Shown one piece after another: positions 18,502 through 27,222 of a stretch of 49,636 nucleotides of DNA. Both the position numbers and the translations under genes were made by a program. The stretch is taken from assembly GCA_050012475.1 (NCBI GenBank), contig JBEKHC010000031.1:1-49636 (forward strand). The letters run 5' to 3'. Position 1 is the stretch's first letter; the number at the start of each line of letters is the position of its first letter. This DNA comes from Candidatus Velthaea sp. Lineage in GTDB: Bacteria; Vulcanimicrobiota; Vulcanimicrobiia; Vulcanimicrobiales; Vulcanimicrobiaceae. Under the pieces are notes generated by a model. It saw only the letters and a program-made list of their open reading frames with translations, was not told where the DNA came from and did no database searches.

Positions 18502-18915
18502 TCATGACGTGACGAAGCCAACGTCGTTGAGGCCGGCGATCTTGGCGGCATCGAGAATCTTGATGATGATCCCGTATGGCGCTTTGACGTCGGCGGCCAA
18601 CGAGACGTGGATGTGGCCGCGCCGCTTCGCCACTTCGCCCATGTCGGCGTAAATGTGGGTGACGTCGCTTTCCTTGTTGTCGACGAAGATTCGGCCTTTG
18701 TCGTTGACCAGCACTTCGATCGATCGGTTCTTCTGCACCACCGTCGGCGGCGAAGTGTCGCTTTTATCGGGGAGTTGTTTCTGAAAACCCGGCGGGGTGA
18801 TGAGCGCGGCGAGAATCATGAAAATGATGAGGAGCACGAGCAGCACGTCGGTGAACGGCGTGATGTTGATCTCGGCCATGACTTCGTCGTCCCCGGCGGA
18901 CGAGACCATCGACAA
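18502..18915 (-). CDS. exbD: ExbD/TolR family protein (second copy)
   Basis: EINITPFTDVLLVLLIIFMI; SD GGGAGG 8 nt before the TTG. Confidence 0.92.
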   Translation of the reverse strand: MSMVSSAGDDEVMAEINITPFTDVLLVLLIIFMILAALITPPGFQKQLPDKSDTSPPTVVQKNRSIEVLVNDKGRIFVDNKESDVTHIYADMGEVAKRRGHIHVSLAADVKAPYGIIIKILDAAKIAGLNDVGFVTS

Positions 18916-18989
18916 AGGGAAATCCTCCCGCTACGAACGGGCCGGGCAATCGCCCGACGTGCGCTGCAGCTGCCGGTGCACCATCGCGT

Positions 18990-19655
18990 TCACTTGGATG
19001 CCGGCTGGTAGAGATCGGTCGGGATCGGGGCGCCCGTATTGTGGAAGTGGAGCATCTCGGCGAGCTGATTCGCGGCCACGATCATGTCTTGGTTGTACGC
19101 CTTGATCCGGGTCTTGAAGTAGTTGAAGAAAATGACCGAAACGACGGCCACGAACAGGCCCGCCGCGGTCGTGATCAGCGCTTCCGAAACGCCGGCCGCG
19201 ACGACGGCCGGCGTCGAGTTGCCTTTGAGCGCGATGTCTTGGAAGGCCCGAATGATGCCCAAGACCGTGCCGAAGAGTCCGACGAAGGGGGCGATGACGG
19301 CGATCGTCCCGATGATCCCCAAATTGCGCTCGAGCGCGTTGAGATTCTCCATGAGCGCGATCGACAGCGCGTCGGTGATGTCGGCGCGGTTCTTCTCTCC
19401 GCGCGCCAGCCCGAACTCGAGAATGCGCGGTAACATCCCCTTGTTTGCCTGACAGGTCTGCATCGCTCCGCTCAGATCGTTGGCCGCGATCTTCTGCCCC
19501 AGCTGGCGCAGCAGCGCTTTGGAATCAGAATGCTGGGTCGCGAAGAAGAACAAACGTTCGATGACGATCGCGACGGCGACGATCGAAAGGAGCAGCAGAG
19601 CCCACATCGCCGGACCGCCGGAGATGATCGTTTGGAAGAAATTACCGAAATCCAC
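18990..19655 (-). CDS. exbB: ExbB/TolQ (MotA family) proton channel
   Basis: APFVGLFGTVLGIIRAF and GVSEALITTAAGL. Confidence 0.93.
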   Translation of the reverse strand: MDFGNFFQTIISGGPAMWALLLLSIVAVAIVIERLFFFATQHSDSKALLRQLGQKIAANDLSGAMQTCQANKGMLPRILEFGLARGEKNRADITDALSIALMENLNALERNLGIIGTIAVIAPFVGLFGTVLGIIRAFQDIALKGNSTPAVVAAGVSEALITTAAGLFVAVVSVIFFNYFKTRIKAYNQDMIVAANQLAEMLHFHNTGAPIPTDLYQPASK

Positions 19656-19789
19656 TTAGTGCTAGCGCCTCCGAAGACACGTTGGTTTAGTCGAATGAGC
19701 GAAAAGAGGGGCCTTGCTCTGCTCCCGAGCGAGGCGTGGGTCTTGGCAATAACAGCCCCGATTCCTCGTGGCCGAGCAGGTGCCGATCG

Positions 19790-21106
19790 TTATTTACCGG
19801 CGGTCCCGCCAAGCTGCTTGAGCGCTGCGTCGATCTGCTTGCTCAGGTCGGCGTCGTTACCGGTCTTGGCCGACGCCTGGGCCTTGTTAAGATACGTCAG
19901 CGCGTCCTTTGTGTTTTTGTCGTTTGCGAGGGCGACGCCGGCGACGTAGTTCGAGCGCGCGTCGTTGGGGTCGATGGCCAAAGCCTTGTCGGCCTCCGCT
20001 TTGACGACCTTCCAATCGGGCTTGCTGTCGCTGGCGAGGATCGTCGCTGCGTTGCCGTAGAGCTGAACCGCATACTTCGGCACGGCGACGGCGCCGGCAT
20101 CGAGCTGATCGGCGGCGCCTTTGCGATCGCCCGACTTCACCAGCGCCGTGGCCTTATCGTTATAGTACTGCGCGATCAGATCGCCGGTTTGGGTGATGCT
20201 GGGGTCCAAGCGCGCCACCTCTTTGGCAGACGCCAGACCCTTGTCGCTTTGACCCGCGCCCATGTACGCGGCGGTCAGATTCGTCTCGATCACCGCGAGC
20301 TGGTGGTTGTCGGCTTTCTCGGCGATCGCGAGATCGCGCGCCTTCTCGAGATCCGTCACCGCCACGTCGTATTTCTTCTGAGCATATTCCGCGCTGCCGC
20401 GAATGTTGTACGGCTCGGCGGATGGGGTGAGATCGATGGCTTTTCCGGCATACGCGATCGTGCCGTCATTGTCGTTCACCTTGAGCGCGGCGACAGCGGC
20501 GTTGGCGTACGTCTTGCCGGCCAGCGTACGATACTTGGGCGGGATCGTTCCGGCTTTATCGAACGCGGCGGCCGCTGCCGGAAAGTCGTCGGTAAACGCG
20601 TCGGCGACGCCTTTGAGCAGGTTCGCTTCGCGGTTGTCGGGCTTGGCTTGGAGATACGTCGCCAGCTGCGCCTTCGCGCCGGCATAGTTGCCGTTGCGCT
20701 CGAGCACGGCGACTTGCTGCAAGGCGGCGTCCGAGGTTTCGGGCGTATCGCCGATCACGCCCGCGCCGGTGAAGTTGAGCACAAAGGTATAGAACGCTTC
20801 GGTCGGTTTCCCGTCCTTGGACGCCGGCTTATAGGTCGACGTGCGCGCGATCTCGAGCGCCGCCGCATCGTCCGCGTGATTGGTCGACTTGGCGACCACG
20901 GAGGGAACGTCGGCCTTGCCGTTCGCGTGCACGAAAACCTTGATGGTGACCGTGCCCTTCCCGCTCACCGCCGTTGTGTTGGAGCCCCGGGACGCCAGTT
21001 TCGGCGGGATGTAGAACACCGCCGTTTGCGCCGCTGCGCAGACCGGCGCGCCCCCAACGGCGAGCGCGACAATCGTGGTGAAAAGCGGCATTGGGCGGAC
21101 TGACAT
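19790..21106 (-). CDS. Secreted protein with N-terminal TonB_C domain and TPR repeats
   Basis: Signal peptide; KGTVTIKVFVHANGK..DAAALEIAR..YKPASKDGKP (TonB_C), followed by TPR-like helical repeats. Confidence 0.8.
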   Translation of the reverse strand: MSVRPMPLFTTIVALAVGGAPVCAAAQTAVFYIPPKLASRGSNTTAVSGKGTVTIKVFVHANGKADVPSVVAKSTNHADDAAALEIARTSTYKPASKDGKPTEAFYTFVLNFTGAGVIGDTPETSDAALQQVAVLERNGNYAGAKAQLATYLQAKPDNREANLLKGVADAFTDDFPAAAAAFDKAGTIPPKYRTLAGKTYANAAVAALKVNDNDGTIAYAGKAIDLTPSAEPYNIRGSAEYAQKKYDVAVTDLEKARDLAIAEKADNHQLAVIETNLTAAYMGAGQSDKGLASAKEVARLDPSITQTGDLIAQYYNDKATALVKSGDRKGAADQLDAGAVAVPKYAVQLYGNAATILASDSKPDWKVVKAEADKALAIDPNDARSNYVAGVALANDKNTKDALTYLNKAQASAKTGNDADLSKQIDAALKQLGGTAGK

Positions 21107-21146
21107 AATACCTCGCGGGCAAGGAAAAGTGTGATGATGAATACGT

Positions 21147-22004
21147 TTAGGAACGCGGGCTCGGTACGATTCGTTCCTCGAGATCCTCGACCGCTTCTCG
21201 CGCGAGAGCGAATTGCGCCATCAACGGCGCACTCTCGTCCGCCTCGAGAGCGGCCGCCGCAGCGTCGATTGCTCGGGCAATCGAGCGCAGCCGTTTGGCG
21301 ATCGGCTGGGCGTTGGCCGTGACGATCGGTGCCCAGATGTTTTGGGGCGAACGCGCCAGACGCAGCATCGTCATCATGCCCGGGCCGCAAAGTTCCATAA
21401 CACGCCGGTCGTCACGCGCGGCGGCTGCCAGCTCCGATCCCAGAAGCACCGCCAGCGCCTGCGGCAGATGCGAGGTCAAGGCCACGATGGCGTCGTGGCG
21501 TTCGGGATCGATTTCGAGCGGCAGGGCCCCCATCGAGGCGATGAAGGCGCGTGTCTTTGCAACCAGTTCGGCGTCCGGGTGCGGCATATGGGCCCACGTC
21601 GCGTTGTCGAACAGAGCGGGGTTTGCAAAGCCCAGGCCGCCCTGCTCGCGTCCGGCCATCGGGTGCGTGCCGAGGTAGTTGGCCACTTCGGAACCGGCCG
21701 CGGCCAACGGCGCCTTCACCGATGCCACGTCCATGACGAGCGCCGGGCCGCGCGTGCCGGCCAGCCGCAGAAGTGCAGCGCGCGTCGCATCGACCGGCAG
21801 CGCGATCACCAACGTTTGCGAATCGCGGGCCAGCCGTTCGAGGTCGGGCGCCGCCGCGTCGATCGCTCCGCTCGCCAGCGCGCGGGACAGCACGGCCGCG
21901 TCGCGGTCGTAGCCGATCACGGGCAGGCCGGCTTGCCGGGCCCGCAGCGCGATCGATCCGCCGATTAGCCCAACCCCGGCAATCCCGATTCGCTCGACGT
22001 TCAA
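21147..22004 (-). CDS. tyrA: Prephenate/arogenate dehydrogenase
   Basis: GVGLIGGS, DVASVK, THPMAG and HDAIVALTSHLP. Confidence 0.93.
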   Translation of the reverse strand: MNVERIGIAGVGLIGGSIALRARQAGLPVIGYDRDAAVLSRALASGAIDAAAPDLERLARDSQTLVIALPVDATRAALLRLAGTRGPALVMDVASVKAPLAAAGSEVANYLGTHPMAGREQGGLGFANPALFDNATWAHMPHPDAELVAKTRAFIASMGALPLEIDPERHDAIVALTSHLPQALAVLLGSELAAAARDDRRVMELCGPGMMTMLRLARSPQNIWAPIVTANAQPIAKRLRSIARAIDAAAAALEADESAPLMAQFALAREAVEDLEERIVPSPRS

Positions 22005-22366
22005 GGGTTGAGATCGGGCCGGAGAACGCGCGCGCCGTCCAAGTAAACGTGCTTGATGTCATGCGCCGACTTCTCGGTGTTGACGTGGACCAGCACGCGA
22101 ATGCAGCGTTCCAACCCGCCCGGCACGCCGATTTCCGTGAAATTGAGCAACGGCACAAGGGTCCACCCCATGCGGCGCGCCGCGGCCGCCGGGAACTGCG
22201 AACGCAGGTCGGGTGTGAGCGTGAACAGCGCCGACGCGATATCATCCGGGACGACGTCGTTTTGCGCGACGATCGCGCGCAGCAGCCGCTCCGTGGCGTC
22301 GAGCAAAAGCGCCGCCTCGTCGCGTTCGACCGTGATCGCGCCGCGAATTCCGCGAACGACGCTCAC
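22001..22366 (-). CDS. aroH: Chorismate mutase, AroH class
   Basis: VRGIRGAITV, FPAAAAR, CIRVL and HVYLDGARVLRPDL. Confidence 0.96.
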   Translation of the reverse strand: MSVVRGIRGAITVERDEAALLLDATERLLRAIVAQNDVVPDDIASALFTLTPDLRSQFPAAAARRMGWTLVPLLNFTEIGVPGGLERCIRVLVHVNTEKSAHDIKHVYLDGARVLRPDLNP

Positions 22367-23094
22367 GAGGCGGCGGCGAGGATCGCTCGCAATTCCCGCA
22401 CCTCGCGTTCGCTGGCCGGGCGGAGTTCGCCCGGTGCAAGTGCGCCCAGCGCCAGCGGACCAAAACGCAGGCGCACCAGCTCGAGAACGGGGTGATCGAG
22501 GCGCTCGAACATGCGTCGCACCTGACGGTTGCGCCCCTCGTGAATCGTCACGTCGACCGTCGAGCGCATGCGCCGGACCGCCACGACGTGCAGGACCGCC
22601 GGTGCGGCGCGACCGTCATCGAGTTTCATTCCGGCCGTCAGCGCCGCGATCGCTTCGGGCTCCAAGCGGCCCCGAACGGTCGCCCGGTACGTTTTCTCCA
22701 CCCCGAAGCGCGGATGCGTAAGGACATGCGCGAGATCGCCGTCGTCGGTCAACAGCAAGACGCCGGCGGTATCATAATCCAGGCGCCCGACGGGGACGAC
22801 GCGCTGCGTCACGCCGTGGGAAAGCAGCACATCGGCGACGGTCCGGCGACCTTGCGGATCGGCCATCGTCGTGACCACCCCGAACGGTTTGTGCAAGACG
22901 TAATAGGTGTGGTCGGCCGCCGCAACGATCACGTGTCCGCCGTACTCGACCCGGTCGACCAAAGGATCGACGACGGTTCCCAACGTGCGCACCGTCGTGC
23001 CGTTGACGCGGACGCTGCCCGCCGCGATCAGTTCTTCGGCTTTCCGGCGCGATGCAACACCGGCCTGCGCAAGATAACGTTGGAGGCGCATCAT
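22363..23094 (-). CDS. rluB: rRNA pseudouridine synthase (RluB/RsuA family)
   Basis: RLQRYLAQAGVASRRKAE (S4), VGRLDYDT and EGRNRQVRRM. Confidence 0.92.
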   Translation of the reverse strand: MMRLQRYLAQAGVASRRKAEELIAAGSVRVNGTTVRTLGTVVDPLVDRVEYGGHVIVAAADHTYYVLHKPFGVVTTMADPQGRRTVADVLLSHGVTQRVVPVGRLDYDTAGVLLLTDDGDLAHVLTHPRFGVEKTYRATVRGRLEPEAIAALTAGMKLDDGRAAPAVLHVVAVRRMRSTVDVTIHEGRNRQVRRMFERLDHPVLELVRLRFGPLALGALAPGELRPASEREVRELRAILAAAS

Positions 23095-23109
23095 GACCCG
23101 TACTGCCGT

Positions 23110-24534
23110 TTACGACTTGAGTGCCGCGACCGCTTTTTCGGTAATTGCGGTGACGAATTCCGCGTTCGTTTTCGTCTTGCCTAATCGCTCGAGCACGACT
23201 TCGGTAAATTCCGTCGCCCCCAGTGCGACCGTTGCGCGGCGCAGCAGCCAGATCTTGCGCAGCTCGATCTCGGTGAGCAGCAGCTCTTCGTGCCGCGTCC
23301 CGGATTGCTTGACATCGATCGCCGGATAGATCCGGCCGTCGGCCAGCTGCCGCGAAAGATCGATCTCGGCGTTTGCGCCGCGGCGAAACTCTTCGTAGAT
23401 TTGATCGTCGATCTTGGCGCCCGTTTCGACGAACACCGTCGCCACGATCGTCAGCGAACCGCCGCCTTCGACCTTGCGTGCCGAACCGAAATACCGCTTC
23501 GCCCGAAACAGTGCCGCGGCTTCCAAACCACCCGGAACCGCGCGCCCTGACGCGGGCTGCGCGCCGTTGTATGCGCGCGTGAGACGCGTGATCGAATCGA
23601 GCACGATGACGGCATCGCGTCCAAGTTCGACGATGCGCTTCGCCCGTTCGAGCACGAGTTCGGCGACGTTCAAGTGCAGATCGGGATGCTCGTCGAACGT
23701 CGTCGCGACGACTTCGCCGGCGATCGAGCGCGAGAGATCCGTAACGTCTTCGGGCCGCTCGTCGACGAGCACCGCGATGACTTGGGCGTCGGGATGTTTG
23801 GCCCCGATCGCATTGGCGATTTCCTTGATGAGCGTGGTCTTGCCGGTTTTGGGCGGCGCCGCAACGAGGACGCGCTGGCCTTTGCCGATCGGCGCGAAAA
23901 GGTCGATGACGCGCGTCGAAACGACGCCGCGCTGTTCGAGCGTGAAGCGTTCGCTGGGATGCACCGCGGTCAGCGCGTCGAACTGCGGGCGCTCGCGAAT
24001 CGCTTCGGGATCGAGACCGTTGACGGTTTCGACCTTGACGATGCCGTAGTACTTCTCGTTGTCTTTCGGTTTGCGGACTTGTCCCGCAACGAGGTCGCCG
24101 CGCCGCAATTCGAAGCGCCGGATCTGCGACTGCGAGATATAAATGTCATCGGCACCGGCCAAATAACCGGAGCGGCGTAAAAAGCCGTATCCTTCGGGCA
24201 AGATGTCGAGCACGCCGTTGGCCATCTCGAGCCCCGATCGGGCCGCGGCGATTTCCAGAATCTGCGCCACCAAATCGTCTTTTTTAATTTTGACCGGGGT
24301 CGCGATGTCGAAGGTCTTGGCCAGCTCGTTGAGCTCGGTTTTGCTCATCTCCGCCAGTTGCGCGGCCGACAACAGCGGGGGCCCGACCGGCTGCGGAAAC
24401 TCCGGCTGCGCAAAGATGTCGGGAGCCGGTGCGGCACCCTCAAAACGCTGGCGACCGCGGCGCGAGCGGCGGCGGCGGCTAACACCGGCTTCAGGCGGAC
24501 GTCCGTTTTGCGGTGGTCGGTTGTCGAAGTGCAG
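23110..24534 (-). CDS. rho: Transcription termination factor Rho (start uncertain; CTG 24534 has the best SD)
   Basis: GVLDILPEGYGFLR, DIYISQSQIRRF, PPKTGKT, DERPE, DSITRL and SGTRHEELL. Confidence 0.95.
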   Translation of the reverse strand: MHFDNRPPQNGRPPEAGVSRRRRSRRGRQRFEGAAPAPDIFAQPEFPQPVGPPLLSAAQLAEMSKTELNELAKTFDIATPVKIKKDDLVAQILEIAAARSGLEMANGVLDILPEGYGFLRRSGYLAGADDIYISQSQIRRFELRRGDLVAGQVRKPKDNEKYYGIVKVETVNGLDPEAIRERPQFDALTAVHPSERFTLEQRGVVSTRVIDLFAPIGKGQRVLVAAPPKTGKTTLIKEIANAIGAKHPDAQVIAVLVDERPEDVTDLSRSIAGEVVATTFDEHPDLHLNVAELVLERAKRIVELGRDAVIVLDSITRLTRAYNGAQPASGRAVPGGLEAAALFRAKRYFGSARKVEGGGSLTIVATVFVETGAKIDDQIYEEFRRGANAEIDLSRQLADGRIYPAIDVKQSGTRHEELLLTEIELRKIWLLRRATVALGATEFTEVVLERLGKTKTNAEFVTAITEKAVAALKS

Positions 24535-24676
24535 CGGAGCTCTCTCTTCTGCTGGATGACGCGCCAGCGTTCGGCAGAGCGTCGACCGGCGAGGCTGCCG
24601 GAACACGCTGCGACGCGGAAGCGCCGGGGGAAATGAATCGAGCGCCTCGATGAAGCCACCGGCCAGCGCCGGTCGG

Positions 24677-24706
24677 ACTATATCACATCCGGGCGGCGGG
24701 AATCAA
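24677..24706 (-). promoter_or_regulatory. Putative sigma70 promoter of the rho operon
   Basis: TTGATT-N18-TATAGT with extended -10 TG, about 140 nt upstream of rho. Confidence 0.65.
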
Positions 24707-24712
24707 TTGCAT

Positions 24713-25309
24713 TTATCGGGGGGAGAGCGACCGCCGTCCGCTCAGATACCGGCTGCCGCGGGCATAGAATCGCTGGTGCACGTCGGCTGCCCGGCTCAGT
24801 CCGATCCGGGCCGACATGCCGACAGCGGGCGGGATGGTTCCGTCCTCGGCCAGCCACAAGCGAGGATCCGTCTCCAAATCGGCGCCGTCCAGCCGCCGGT
24901 CGATATCCAACGCCGAACACACCCGGCCCGGCCCGCGCATCAGATCGCGGTCCGCGACGCCGGCACCGCGCCGTTCGCGGATCAAGGCGATGCCCTCGAC
25001 TGGTTCGAGCGCGCGAATCAACACCGCAGCCCCAATGCCGTCAGCCTCGCTGCTGACGTTCAGACAGTACGCCGAACCATAAATGAAGTAGACGTACGCG
25101 TGAAGGTAGTTGCCGAACATCGCTCGGTTACGTTGGGTTCGCCCCCGGAATGAATGCGAGGCGGGATCGTCCGGAAGGTAGGCCTCCGTTTCGACGATCC
25201 GGCCCGAAAGAAGCACGCCGTCAAGCCGCCGCACGACCAGCCTTCCGATCAAGAACGCCGCCAGTGCGCCCGTCGCCGGCGGCACGTCGGCGCGCAAAAG
25301 CCGCCGCAA
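24713..25309 (-). CDS. 3-methyladenine DNA glycosylase (MPG/AAG family)
   Basis: GRIVETEAY, AYVYFIYG, AVLIRALEP, GPGRVC and RIG. Confidence 0.95.
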   Translation of the reverse strand: MRRLLRADVPPATGALAAFLIGRLVVRRLDGVLLSGRIVETEAYLPDDPASHSFRGRTQRNRAMFGNYLHAYVYFIYGSAYCLNVSSEADGIGAAVLIRALEPVEGIALIRERRGAGVADRDLMRGPGRVCSALDIDRRLDGADLETDPRLWLAEDGTIPPAVGMSARIGLSRAADVHQRFYARGSRYLSGRRSLSPR

Positions 25310-25325
25310 TCCTCGTCTTTACGCT

Positions 25326-25760
25326 TTACGCTGCCGCGTGTAGGCCGACTTCAGCCTGCGCACGCGCGGTAAGGTCGCGAATCTCGATCGATTCGGCGGC
25401 TTCCAACCGAACCGGCCCCAGGGCGTGCAGCGTGCAGCTGGTTTTGACGTATGACATCGTCAGCGCTTTGGGCGGCGCGCCGGTGCCGGTGAGATCGGCC
25501 ACGACCCGCGGGTCCGCGACCCGGATGCGGACGCGGCCGAATCCGCGCGACTTGAGGTGCGCACCCACCGCCCCCATCGCCGCATAGCCGTTCTCCAACC
25601 CCTCGAGCGCGGGAAGCGGTGCGGCCTCGAACGCCAGCCGGACGATCCGCACCGCGGTCCCGGTGTTGATTGCCGCAAACGCGACCCCGCGTCCGCGCTC
25701 GTCGGTCGCGTAGCCGACGGTGACATCCGCTGCTGGTCGTGTGCGCCGCGAATTCGTCAT
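25326..25760 (-). CDS. Hypothetical protein, probable inactive RNase H-like fold, SOS-box controlled
   Basis: GFGRVRIRVADPRVVADLTG resembles the RNase HI segment G-x3-V-x-GDSQLVV-x2-L-x-G; ATG 25760 lies just downstream of the promoter. Confidence 0.7.
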   Translation of the reverse strand: MTNSRRTRPAADVTVGYATDERGRGVAFAAINTGTAVRIVRLAFEAAPLPALEGLENGYAAMGAVGAHLKSRGFGRVRIRVADPRVVADLTGTGAPPKALTMSYVKTSCTLHALGPVRLEAAESIEIRDLTARAQAEVGLHAAA

Positions 25761-25771
25761 GATGTTCCTCA

Positions 25772-25800
25772 AGCTTACATCGAACACACGTTCGAGTCAA
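25772..25800 (-). promoter_or_regulatory. sigma70 promoter with a Gram-positive-type LexA (SOS) box in the spacer
   Basis: Minus strand TTGACT-CGAACGTGTGTTCGATG(17 bp)-TAAGCT; CGAAC-N4-GTTCG at 25781-25794. Confidence 0.88.
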
Positions 25801-26930
25801 GCAACTTCGGCGGACAGCAGGCCCCGATAGACATCGAGCACGCGCTGCGTTTGTAATCCCACCGTATACCTCGAGTGTGCCAAACGTACGGCACTCTCGT
25901 CGCGCCCGGCAGCGAATGCGTCATCGAGCGCCTGCGCGAAGGTTCGCGGATGCGGCGGGACCAGCCGTCCTTGACCGGCCAGCACATCACGCGAGGCGGG
26001 CGTGTCGATCGCAACCACGCGCAGCCCGGCGGCCAGCGCCTCGGCCAACACCAGCCCCTGGGTCTCGGTGGTGCTCGGGAAAACGAACGCATCGCCCGAC
26101 GCGTAGACGTCGGGCAGCGCCGCCGACGGCAGTGCGCCGACGAATCGCACCCGCGCGGCCACACCCGCCTCGCGCGCCCGCTCCTCGAGGGCCGGACGGT
26201 ACGGCCCCTCGCCCACGATCGCCAACCGCGTCCGGGTTTCGCGCGTGTAGGCCAGCGCATCGATGGCGAGTTCGAGGTTCTTTTCGCGCGCCAACCGGGA
26301 AACGACCAGCGCCAGGGGGTCGTCGTCGCGGGCGCCGAGCAACGCCCGCACGGCCGGCGAGCGGCGGCCGCCGGCGAAACGTTCGACGTCGATCGAACTC
26401 GGCACGACGGCGATCGTCGAGTGGACCCCCAGTTCGCGCAGCCGCGACTCCATGGCCAGCGTGGGGACGATCACCACGTCGGCGGCATTCGCGTAGGACC
26501 GCGTCAGGGTCACGGCGGCCGCCTGCATCGTGCGCTGCTCGAACGGCACGTAGTGGGCATACGCTTCGATCCGCGTGTGGTAGGTGAAGACGAGCGGAAT
26601 ACCGCGGCGGCGGGCGTGGTTGGCGCCCATCCAGCCGGTGACGAACGGCGAGTGCGTGTGAACGATGGCCAAATCGCGAACGCGCGACCGGTCGACCGTG
26701 CGCACGTAGGGGACACACAAACGATACGCAGTCGCCGTCGGCAGCGGCAGCGACGGGATGCGCACGATGTCGCCGCCTTCATCGTCGAAGTGCGGGAAAC
26801 GCGGGGCGACGGTGGTCACCGCAACTCCGGCCGTCTCGAGCCCGGAGCGCAAGGCGTCGATGCTGGCCACGATGCCGTTGACGATCGGGCGGTAGCACTC
26901 GGTAAAGAATCCGATGTGGAGCTGTGACAC
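25797..26930 (-). CDS. GT4 glycosyltransferase (diacylglycerol glucosyltransferase-like)
   Basis: IGFFTECYRPIVNGIV, HTHSPF, TYHT and STTETQGLVLAEA (E-x7-E). Confidence 0.9.
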   Translation of the reverse strand: MSQLHIGFFTECYRPIVNGIVASIDALRSGLETAGVAVTTVAPRFPHFDDEGGDIVRIPSLPLPTATAYRLCVPYVRTVDRSRVRDLAIVHTHSPFVTGWMGANHARRRGIPLVFTYHTRIEAYAHYVPFEQRTMQAAAVTLTRSYANAADVVIVPTLAMESRLRELGVHSTIAVVPSSIDVERFAGGRRSPAVRALLGARDDDPLALVVSRLAREKNLELAIDALAYTRETRTRLAIVGEGPYRPALEERAREAGVAARVRFVGALPSAALPDVYASGDAFVFPSTTETQGLVLAEALAAGLRVVAIDTPASRDVLAGQGRLVPPHPRTFAQALDDAFAAGRDESAVRLAHSRYTVGLQTQRVLDVYRGLLSAEVA

Positions 26931-26997
26931 GCAATCGGCAGCCTTGGCGGTGAGGGTGACAGGACCCTGGGCCGGCGCCGGGATGCGACGTCCGGGT

Positions 26998-27027
26998 TTG
27001 ACGGGGCTCACGGGCCTATGCTATGGT
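26998..27027 (+). promoter_or_regulatory. Putative sigma70 promoter for the yabE-like/rsmA operon
   Basis: TTGACG-N18-TATGGT with extended -10 TG. Confidence 0.6.
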
Positions 27028-27222
27028 ACCCCGAGTCATCGGTCCGCGGGGCCCGGTGAGCAAGCGAACGAGTGCAACGTCGCTCGTAACCAGCGCGCAC
27101 GAAATCGGCGCGCGGATGCGGACAGGTCCGCCTCCAAACTGCCCCGGCCGGGATTTTCGCTAAGCGACGCTCGACGCGCCGCCGGGCGTGAGCATCGGCC
27201 GACGAACAGAAAGGAGCAGGTT

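Noticed and set aside
19656..19666. CIRCE (HrcA) operator upstream of exbB
   Set aside because: Only a half-site-like CTAGCACTA is present, with no second arm at 9-bp spacing.
27034..27222. c-di-AMP (ydaO) or c-di-GMP riboswitch
   Set aside because: Hallmark segments (GGGGUGAAUC and CCCGAA..CCGUCAGCUAAC; GGCAAA..GAAA..GCAAAGC) are not found.
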